Below, one piece after another: positions 1-7,183 of a stretch of DNA of 64,000 nucleotides. The stretch is from the NCBI GenBank assembly GCA_034430775.1, contig DAOUDU010000203.1, positions 12,066 through 76,065 of the forward strand. The letters are read 5' to 3'. The number at the start of each line of letters is the position of its first letter. Within the stretch, counting starts at the first letter, position 1. The DNA comes from Anaerolineales bacterium. Lineage in GTDB: Bacteria; Chloroflexota; Anaerolineae; Anaerolineales; RBG-16-64-43. The notes below the pieces were generated by a model. That model saw only the letters and a list, made by a program, of their open reading frames with translations, searched no databases and was not told the DNA's origin. Position numbers and translations under genes: made by a program.

Positions 1-413
1 AAAATGTGACCGCCCTGGAAAATGAACAGCCCGTCTTCACGGCAACAGTATCCAGCGGCTGGCTGCGCAAGGATCCCAAACCCGGCCAGGGCCGGACCGT
101 CACCCCCATCGGCCGCTTCCGGGTCTTCGAAAAAGTCCCCAGCCGACACATGGGCAACGGCCGGTTGACGTCCAGCCTGGATGCCTACGAGCTGCCGGGA
201 GTCCCATTTGTCTCATTCTTCCACATCCTGGGAACGGCGTTTCATGGAGCCTACTGGCATAACGATTTCGGACGCCCCAACAGCCAGGGCTGCCTGAATA
301 TGCGGCCGGATGAAGCCCGCTGGCTGTATCGTTGGATTCATCCAACCGTCGACCTCGTCCCGGATCCTCCAAAGTTCGAAGAGCAGGGAACAGAAGTCTT
401 CCTACATGATTAG
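1..413 (+). CDS. L,D-transpeptidase (YkuD-type) catalytic domain protein, 5' end cut by window edge
   Basis: The frame is open to position 1. The C-terminal FHGAYWHNDFGRPNSQGCLNMRPDEARWLYRW fits the His ... S-x-G-C-[ILV]-[RN] active-site region of YkuD L,D-transpeptidases. Confidence 0.7.
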   Translation, partial: NVTALENEQPVFTATVSSGWLRKDPKPGQGRTVTPIGRFRVFEKVPSRHMGNGRLTSSLDAYELPGVPFVSFFHILGTAFHGAYWHNDFGRPNSQGCLNMRPDEARWLYRWIHPTVDLVPDPPKFEEQGTEVFLHD

Positions 414-460
414 ATGTTCCCATGGTTCAGAAACCGATGGCTCGGACACGAAAAATAACA

Positions 461-768
461 AAACCACAAAGACACCAAGACACAAGAAATTAAGGGTCTG
501 CTTCGCGTCTTTGTGTCTAAGTGATAAAAATACCGAAAATAAGCGATTGCCAGGATGAGAGTCGATATTTAAACCACGAAGACACCAAGACATAAAGACA
601 CCAAGAAATCAAGGGTCTGCTTCGAGGCTTTGTGCCTTAGTGGTAAAAATAGCGAAAATAAGCGATTGCCAGAATGAGAGTCGATATTTAAACCACTAAG
701 ACACCAAGACACTAAGACACAAAGAAATCAAGGGTCTGCTTCGAGGCTTTGCACCTTGGCGGTAATAC
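461..768. repeat. Tandem array of a 110-119 nt hairpin-containing unit (2 full units plus 1 partial)
   Basis: Hand alignment gives units at 461-570, 571-689 and a partial unit at 690-768. Each unit begins AAACCACnAAGACACCAAGAC. The full units end AAAATAsCGAAAATAAGCGATTGCCAGrATGAGAGTCGATATTT. Confidence 0.85.
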
Positions 769-865
769 TTTCCCCCTTAATTGGCAGAGAGGTGATCGGG
801 TGGATTCCGGTTTCCACGCAACCCCGATTTCAGAGTAGAATGATTCTTGGAGATACCGGAAAGCC

Positions 866-1234
866 ATGGCACAGACAGCGCTGGTAGTGGATGACAATCG
901 CGAAACAGCCGACGGCATTGTAAAGATGCTGAGCCTGATCGGCTTCCAGGCCCGGCCGGTTTACAGCCCGCGCCTTGCGATCGAGACCATGTCCAAAGGC
1001 CTTCCCGATTTGCTGGTTCTGGACGTTCACATGCAGGGTGTGGACGGCGGCGAGGTAATCCGATTTATCCGCCGGGATCCGTTGCTGACATCGGTTCCGA
1101 TTCTGGCCGTTTCCTCCGACACCCAGGATGCCATTGTGGCCGGGATCTTATCCGCCGGGGCGAATGCTTTTCTGCCCAAACCGGTGGAATATGACGAGCT
1201 GGAAACCACTGTTGCACGAATAACCCACCGCTGA
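866..1234 (+). CDS. Single-domain response regulator (CheY-like receiver)
   Basis: 122 aa. Contains LVVDDN, the phospho-acceptor context DLLVLDVHMQGVDG, PILAVSS and the conserved Lys in FLPKP. Confidence 0.85.
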   Translation: MAQTALVVDDNRETADGIVKMLSLIGFQARPVYSPRLAIETMSKGLPDLLVLDVHMQGVDGGEVIRFIRRDPLLTSVPILAVSSDTQDAIVAGILSAGANAFLPKPVEYDELETTVARITHR

Positions 1235-1291
1235 TTTCAGGCCGAATCCACCCCTCTGCCGGAATAATCCATCCATTTCACCAAAAACCCC

Positions 1292-1320
1292 TTGACATCT
1301 CCAAATCCGTCGTGTATTAT
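1292..1320 (+). promoter_or_regulatory. Sigma-70-type promoter of groESL (TTGACA, 17 nt spacer, TATTAT)
   Basis: TTGACA at 1292-1297 and TATTAT at 1315-1320, immediately upstream of the CIRCE element. Confidence 0.6.
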
Positions 1321-1325
1321 GCCTA

Positions 1326-1352
1326 TTGGCACTCGAGCTATTTGAGTGCTAA
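1326..1352 (+). promoter_or_regulatory. CIRCE operator (HrcA binding site)
   Basis: TTGGCACTC-N9-GAGTGCTAA differs at one position from the consensus TTAGCACTC-N9-GAGTGCTAA. It lies between the promoter and groES. Confidence 0.9.
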
Positions 1353-1393
1353 TTCTCAAAATAAAGAAAAATTCATGAAGGAGGTAAGGAAAG

Positions 1394-1690
1394 ATGGCTG
1401 TAACTTTTAAACCGCTTGGCGACCGGGTCGTCATCGAGCCGCTGGAGCAGGAAGAAATGACTCCTGCCGGAATCGTGATCCCCGATACCGCCAAGGAAAA
1501 ACCGCAGAAGGGAAAGATCCTTTCCACAGGACCCGGCGCGCGGGATGAGGACGGGAAGCGTATCCCGATGGATGTTAAAGTCGGGGATACCGTCCTGTAC
1601 GCAAAGTACGCCGGGACCGAGGTCAAAGTGGACGGCAAGAAGCTGCTCATCGTAAAAGAATCCGATATCCTTGCCATCGTTGAAGGTTAG
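1394..1690 (+). CDS. groES: Co-chaperonin GroES
   Basis: 98 aa, [12 protein letters not shown]...[14 protein letters not shown]...[20 protein letters not shown] upstream. Confidence 0.97.
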   Translation: MAVTFKPLGDRVVIEPLEQEEMTPAGIVIPDTAKEKPQKGKILSTGPGARDEDGKRIPMDVKVGDTVLYAKYAGTEVKVDGKKLLIVKESDILAIVEG

Positions 1691-1732
1691 GTGAGCCTGC
1701 TCACCAATTGAAAGAATCCAGGAGAATGCGCT

Positions 1733-3379
1733 ATGAGTGCCAAACAAATTGTCTTTTCCGATGAGGCCCGCAAGCGGCTGAAGGAAGGAATTGAAATCCT
1801 CGCCAATGCGGTCGCCACCACCCTCGGCCCCAAAGGGCGGAACGTCGCGCTGGATAAAAAATTCGGCGCCCCGACCATCACCCACGACGGCGTGACCGTG
1901 GCCAAGGAGATCGAGCTGGAAGATCCGTATCAGAACATGGGCGCCCAGCTTTTAAAGGAAGCCGCCACCAAGACCAACGACATCGCCGGCGACGGCACCA
2001 CCACCTCGACGGTGCTGGCGCATGCGATTGTTATCGAAGGCCTGAAGAGCGTCGCGGCCGGAGCCAACCCGATGCTGATCAAGCACGGCATCGAAAAGGC
2101 CACCGCCGCGGCCGTGGAAGCGATCCGCGCCCAGTCTCAGAAGATCGAAACCAAGGAAGAAATCGCCTCGGTCGCCACCAACTCCGCCGCTGATTCCCAG
2201 ATCGGTTCCTTGATCGCCGACGTGATGGACAAGGTCGGCAAAGACGGCGTGATCACGGTCGAGGAATCCAAGAGCCTGCAATTCGAAACTGAATACGTGG
2301 AAGGCATGCAGTTCGACCGCGGATACCTTTCCGCCTATTTCATCACCAGCCCGGAAGCGATGGAAAGCGTCATCACCGAGCCGTACATTCTGATCTACGA
2401 CAAGAAAATTTCAGCTGCGACCGACATCGTCCCGATCCTGGAAAAACTTGTCCAGACCGGCAAGCGGGATCTGGTGATCATCGCTGAAGAGATTGACGGC
2501 GAAGCGCTGGCGACCCTCGTGCTGAACAAACTGCGCGGGATGCTCAACGTCTTGGCCGTCAAGGCGCCCGGCTTCGGCGACCGCCGCAAGGCCATGCTCC
2601 AAGACATCGCCATTCTCACCGGCGGTACGGTCATCACCGAGGAACTCGGCAAGAAACTGGAGAACACCACCCTGGCCGACCTCGGCAAATGCGATAAGGT
2701 CGTCGCCACCAAGGACGACACCACGATCGTCGGCGGCAAGGGCGACGCCAAAAAGATCAAGGGCCGGATCGAGGAGATCAAGGTCGAGATCGACAAATCC
2801 ACCTCCGATTACGACAAGGAAAAGCTGCAGGAGCGGCTGGCGAAGCTCTCCGGCGGCGTGGCGGTAATCCGCGTCGGCGCGGCAACCGAGACCGAGCTGA
2901 AGGAAAAGAAGCACCGCGTGGAAGACGCCCTCTCGGCAGCGCGCGCGGCCGTGGAAGAAGGCATCGTGGCCGGCGGGGAAATCTCGCTGATCAACGCCGC
3001 TTCCGCGTTGGATAAAATTAAAATGGATACGGATGATGCCCAGGTGGGCGTCAACGTCGTCCGCAAGGCGCTCGAAGCCCCGATCCGCCGGCTGGCCCAA
3101 AACGCCGGCGAAGACGGTGCGGTCGTAATCGACGCCGTGCGCCGCAAATCCGCCGAAGCCAAGAACAAGCACATCGGCTTCAATGTCCTGACCAATGAAT
3201 ACACGGACATGCTCAAGGCCGGCATCATCGATCCGGTCAAGGTCGTCCGCGGTGCGCTGGAGAATGCGGCTTCGATCGCCGCCATGATCCTGACCACCGA
3301 GGCGCTGATCACCGATGCGCCGGAAAAGGAAAAACCGATGCCGATGCCGCCCGGCGGCGGCGGCGGGATGGATTACTAA
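1733..3379 (+). CDS. groEL: Chaperonin GroEL
   Basis: 548 aa, [12 protein letters not shown]..., [11 protein letters not shown], and a C-terminal GGGGGMDY tail. Confidence 0.98.
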   Translation: MSAKQIVFSDEARKRLKEGIEILANAVATTLGPKGRNVALDKKFGAPTITHDGVTVAKEIELEDPYQNMGAQLLKEAATKTNDIAGDGTTTSTVLAHAIVIEGLKSVAAGANPMLIKHGIEKATAAAVEAIRAQSQKIETKEEIASVATNSAADSQIGSLIADVMDKVGKDGVITVEESKSLQFETEYVEGMQFDRGYLSAYFITSPEAMESVITEPYILIYDKKISAATDIVPILEKLVQTGKRDLVIIAEEIDGEALATLVLNKLRGMLNVLAVKAPGFGDRRKAMLQDIAILTGGTVITEELGKKLENTTLADLGKCDKVVATKDDTTIVGGKGDAKKIKGRIEEIKVEIDKSTSDYDKEKLQERLAKLSGGVAVIRVGAATETELKEKKHRVEDALSAARAAVEEGIVAGGEISLINAASALDKIKMDTDDAQVGVNVVRKALEAPIRRLAQNAGEDGAVVIDAVRRKSAEAKNKHIGFNVLTNEYTDMLKAGIIDPVKVVRGALENAASIAAMILTTEALITDAPEKEKPMPMPPGGGGGMDY

Positions 3380-3405
3380 TCCGTTCCGAAACAAATAATA
3401 CAAAA

Positions 3406-3441
3406 ATCCCCCGCGTGTAAATTAACGCGGGGGATTTTTTA
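3406..3441 (+). terminator. Rho-independent terminator after groEL
   Basis: 10-bp GC-rich stem ATCCCCCGCG / CGCGGGGGAT followed by a T-run. Confidence 0.8.
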
Positions 3442-3448
3442 TTTATTA

Positions 3449-3544
3449 CCTTCCTCACCCCTCATCCCCTGCCCTTCTCCCAGCTTATGCTGGGAGAAGG
3501 GAGTCGGTGCACTTCCGACGGGAAGAGGGGTGGAAGGTGAGGAT
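3449..3544. repeat. Long imperfect C-tract/G-tract hairpin (intergenic repeat family 2)
   Basis: Inner stem CCTTCTCCCAGC / GCTGGGAGAAGG and outer stem TCCTCACC / GGTGAGGA. Similar elements at 17016-17054, 41748-41801 and 51330-51398. Confidence 0.55.
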
Positions 3545-4257
3545 TACGGGGTCGGTGTCACCGTATAGGTCGGGGTAAAGCCGTACGTCGGTGAGATGCG
3601 GGTCGGAACCGGCGTGGCGATCCCCCACCGGCATTTCAACGTCATCCCGACTGAAAGGAAATTGGGATCATCGATCTCGTTGAGCTTGACGATGTCATCC
3701 ACGGTCGACCAGCATTTGGCCGCGATCGTCTCCAGATTGTCGCCGGCCATCACCTGGACGGTGATGATCGTCCCGGGCGCCAGGCTGGAGGGTATTTCGG
3801 TTGGTACGAAACCGGTCCCCGGAGGCGGAATGAGGATGGTCTCGCCGACCTGGAGGTTGTTCGGGTCGAGAGTCGGGTTGAGCGCAACGATCGCCTCGAC
3901 CGAAACACCGCATTTTTCGGCGATCGTGCTGAGGTATTCACCCGACTGCACGGGATATTCCGACGGGCAGTTCGGGGTCGGGGTGATCGTGGGGGTTTCC
4001 GGTGACGCGGTTAAAGTGATCGAAGGCGTGAACCGCAGGGTAGCCTCGATCGTGGGAGTGGGGATCGGTGTCGCCGAAGCCAAAAACGGCAGCGGCAGCG
4101 CCCCCGGCCCTCCGATCCCGATGATCAGAAGGAGGACACCGATGACGACGGCTACGCCGGTCAGCATGCCAAGGAAGAAATTGCCCAATCCTTCACGGCG
4201 CCGCGGGTAAATGCCGGAGACGTCACCAAAATCTTCCGAGTTGTTCAAATCAGACAT
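3544..4257 (-). CDS. Membrane-anchored protein with two LysM domains
   Basis: N-terminal TM helix and a Pro/Thr linker. Two LysM repeats: YPVQSGEYLSTIAEKCGVSVEAIVALNP...VGETILIP and VQVMAGDNLETIAAKCWSTVDDIVKLN...VGMTLKC. Confidence 0.85.
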   Translation of the reverse strand: MSDLNNSEDFGDVSGIYPRRREGLGNFFLGMLTGVAVVIGVLLLIIGIGGPGALPLPFLASATPIPTPTIEATLRFTPSITLTASPETPTITPTPNCPSEYPVQSGEYLSTIAEKCGVSVEAIVALNPTLDPNNLQVGETILIPPPGTGFVPTEIPSSLAPGTIITVQVMAGDNLETIAAKCWSTVDDIVKLNEIDDPNFLSVGMTLKCRWGIATPVPTRISPTYGFTPTYTVTPTP

Positions 4258-4392
4258 TTTCTCCTTCCCTCCGCATCTTCCATTGGGACCTGGGATTGCC
4301 TAAATAAAATTCCGGGTGGTGTGGAAGAACGGATATGAGTATTCTACCGAATTGGCCGGGAATGCGCCACAACCCGAAAAATAGTCTATTTT

Positions 4393-5436
4393 TCAGGCAT
4401 ATTTCCCGTGGATTTTCGCCAAAGCCCATCCTGCGCACTCCTGAAAATCAGGGTTTGGATCATGTGCGGCGGTCTCCAGGAACGGCACCGCCTCCTCCCG
4501 GCGGGTATTCCCGAGTGCGATCAAGAGGTTCCGGCGGTACCCTTCCCGTCCCGCCCGGCGGATTGGACTGCACCGGAATCGTTCCTTCCATTCCTCTTCC
4601 GAAAGCAGGTATTCCCGTCCCATGTCGCGGATTGGGAAGTGGGTCCGCGGAAAAAACGCCGCATCCGCGGCAGCCGGCGCCTTCCGGTTCCACGGACAGA
4701 CGGTTTGGCAGAGGTCGCATCCAAAGATGGCGCGGCCGGTCAGATCGCGGAGGGGCTCGAGGATCGGCCCGCGGTGCTCGATGGTGAGGTAGGAAATACA
4801 GCGGCCCGAATCGATCGTCCGGTCCGGGAGGATGCATCCGGTCGGACAGGCCTGCAGGCACCGGGTACACTTTCCGCAGCGGTCCGCGGAAAACGGCGGA
4901 TCGGGCGGGAGCTCCAGTTCGGTGAGAATTCCCGCGAGAAAGGTGAAGGAACCAAGTGTGGGGTGGATCAGCATGGAATTCCGGCCGATCCACCCCAATC
5001 CGGCGCGCACGGCAATCTCCCGCTCGAGCAGCGGAGCGGTGTCCACGGTCCCGCGGCTCTGCACGCGCCGGCCGGCCAGGCGGTCGATGTATTCGCACAG
5101 CGTACGGAGGCGGGTGCGGATAACCGCATGATAATCGTCGCCGAGCGCGTAGGCCGCGACGACGCCTTCCAGCGGAAAATTTTCGAAGACCGGCGGCGGA
5201 GGGTAGGCGACGGCCAGCATGATGATCGAGCGTGCGGCGGGCAGCAGGCGGGTGGGATCGGCCCGCACGGAAAGCGCGCGTTCCTCCGCCAGGTATCCCA
5301 TCCCGGCGTGGAGACCGGCGGCGACCCAATCATGGAAACGCGGATACTGTTCGGGGGGCGAGGCGGACGTGAACCCGCACAGGACGAAACCCAATTCGAG
5401 TGCCTTATGGCGAATGGCCGCTTTGCAGGATTCCAT
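4393..5436 (-). CDS. queG: tRNA epoxyqueuosine(34) reductase
   Basis: Two 4Fe-4S motifs (CGKCTRCLQACP, CDLCQTVCPWN) and a C-terminal HEAT-like repeat. Overall QueG-like layout. Confidence 0.88.
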   Translation of the reverse strand: MESCKAAIRHKALELGFVLCGFTSASPPEQYPRFHDWVAAGLHAGMGYLAEERALSVRADPTRLLPAARSIIMLAVAYPPPPVFENFPLEGVVAAYALGDDYHAVIRTRLRTLCEYIDRLAGRRVQSRGTVDTAPLLEREIAVRAGLGWIGRNSMLIHPTLGSFTFLAGILTELELPPDPPFSADRCGKCTRCLQACPTGCILPDRTIDSGRCISYLTIEHRGPILEPLRDLTGRAIFGCDLCQTVCPWNRKAPAAADAAFFPRTHFPIRDMGREYLLSEEEWKERFRCSPIRRAGREGYRRNLLIALGNTRREEAVPFLETAAHDPNPDFQECAGWALAKIHGKYA

Positions 5437-5445
5437 CGGGGAAGG

Positions 5446-7155
5446 TTACCAGCCGCTGGCAGAAAAAACTTTGGAAAGAAACCCGGACCGTTCTTCGGGG
5501 GTCATGAATCGCGGCCGGGCGTAATCCACAAACCGGATGGTGAAGAGTTCCACCCCCAGGTACCGCCCCTGATAAAACACATGCCGGTCGATAAAGGCCG
5601 TTTCCGTTTCTTCCTCAAGACCGAACTGATCGAAGAACAGATTGCCCAGTCCGTAATGGATGAATGTTCCGCCGCTGAAATTAAACCCTTGCGGATGGTG
5701 AGCCTGACTTCCGGAGACGATCACGGCTCCGGAATCGGCGATCCATCCGAACTCCTCGGTTTGTTGGAGGGTCGGTTCGTAGTGGTAATACTCAATATAT
5801 TGGAAGGTCATCACCGGCAGATACCCGTCAAACCGCAGGCGGCGGATCTCGCTCCGGAGATATTCGAAATCGCACGGGGCGGCGCCGGGCGTGGTTTCGG
5901 TCGCCCACTCCCCGTTGAAGCCGGGCCGGTTGCAGCCGATGAACGCCAGGCGGTTGCCGTTGTGTTCGACGGTGATCGGCTGCCGGGCGGCGGCTAAATT
6001 CCCGCCGCTGGCGTAGTACTGCCATCCGCGCTGGCGGTATAGGTCCAGTGTATACAGGAGGGCGTCGGCCTTGTAGTCGAGGACGTGATTCCCGGTGAGC
6101 TCGACGATGTCCGTGCCGATATATTCAAGGAGGTCGACATAGCGCGGATCGGAGCAGAAACGGTAGAGGGCCGGGGTGGGGTCCGGCGGCGGGCAGTTCC
6201 GCGCAAAGGGGATTTCGTTGCTGATGTGGGTCAGGTCGGCGGCCTGCAGGAGGGGTCCGATATCCTGCGCCGGATAGGTTATCCCGCGCGCTTCCATGGT
6301 GTAGGCCGTGGCGCGGACCAGCGCGGTCACACCGGTAAGGATCACCGTGGTGAGTTTGGACGGATCGCGGTTCGCCGGTGGGATGATGCCGGCCAGCTCC
6401 CCATCGCACAGTGCCGCATCCCCCAGGCAGGATATCGGCACATTGAGCATGTATCCATCGCGGGTGAAGTCCTTTTGCAGCGGGGATTGCCCATCCAGCG
6501 CAAGGACTTTCCAGCGCGGCTCGACCTCCTCCCAGGGGATGACCGCCCAGGCGGGACGCGCAGACCACGCTGCGTACGTTAATTCCTCCGCGGGGACGAG
6601 CTTCGTCGCACCCGGGGCGGGGATTCCCCACAGGCTTGAAAAAACCATCGCGGTATTCTCATCCATCAGCAGCGGGCGGCTGGAAAACTCCCCGGTTCCC
6701 GCCCCGGACCATGCCGTGCGGAGTTCTTCGCCCGTCACTCCGTCCGTTACGGTCGGGAACGGCGCCACCAGCGCGTACGTCCAGATGGCGAGGGGATGGT
6801 CGTCACCGGGTTGAAGCCGCACAGCGGCTGCTTCCGGTTTGGCGGCGGTCGGCCATCCCTCTGGAAGCTGGAAGGAGGAGAGAAACGATGCCGGCAGCTC
6901 GGGAGAGAACCATACCGAAGGATGGGATTCTGCGGCGTCTGAGGAATTGCCGGCCGTCGGAACCGGCGGATCAGCAGGAACGTTGCCAGGGAGGAAGGGC
7001 GTATTGGTCGCCGAAGGGAGCGGGAGGGCGGGGGAGGCCGCGTCGAGGGTGGATCGGTCGGCGGTTTCTCCACCGGCGGGGGGTGCTGCAGTACACGCCG
7101 CCGGCAGGATTCCCGCGAGGAAGAGGATCCCCAATCCCCGAATGATCCGTTTCAT
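5446..7155 (-). CDS. CapA/PGA_cap-family lipoprotein with an uncharacterised N-terminal domain
   Basis: Start moved to ATG 7155 (MKRIIRGLGILFLAGILPAAC, lipobox-like), which removes the overlap with polA. The C-terminal half resembles the CapA metallophosphatase-like family (VELTGNHVLDY, SGSQAHHPQGF). Confidence 0.7.
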   Translation of the reverse strand: MKRIIRGLGILFLAGILPAACTAAPPAGGETADRSTLDAASPALPLPSATNTPFLPGNVPADPPVPTAGNSSDAAESHPSVWFSPELPASFLSSFQLPEGWPTAAKPEAAAVRLQPGDDHPLAIWTYALVAPFPTVTDGVTGEELRTAWSGAGTGEFSSRPLLMDENTAMVFSSLWGIPAPGATKLVPAEELTYAAWSARPAWAVIPWEEVEPRWKVLALDGQSPLQKDFTRDGYMLNVPISCLGDAALCDGELAGIIPPANRDPSKLTTVILTGVTALVRATAYTMEARGITYPAQDIGPLLQAADLTHISNEIPFARNCPPPDPTPALYRFCSDPRYVDLLEYIGTDIVELTGNHVLDYKADALLYTLDLYRQRGWQYYASGGNLAAARQPITVEHNGNRLAFIGCNRPGFNGEWATETTPGAAPCDFEYLRSEIRRLRFDGYLPVMTFQYIEYYHYEPTLQQTEEFGWIADSGAVIVSGSQAHHPQGFNFSGGTFIHYGLGNLFFDQFGLEEETETAFIDRHVFYQGRYLGVELFTIRFVDYARPRFMTPEERSGFLSKVFSASGW

Positions 7156-7183
7156 GTTAATCGCATATGCGCAAATGCCTGGA

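Noticed and set aside
461-768. Possible CRISPR array
   Set aside because: The repeating unit is the whole 110-119 nt segment and there are no unique spacers between short repeats. No cas genes in the window.
4408-5997. 529-aa plus-strand ORF spanning queG and the CapA-like gene
   Set aside because: It lies entirely antisense to two well-supported genes. Arg/Gly/Pro-rich composition, no recognisable motif. Typical stop-poor antisense frame of GC-rich DNA.
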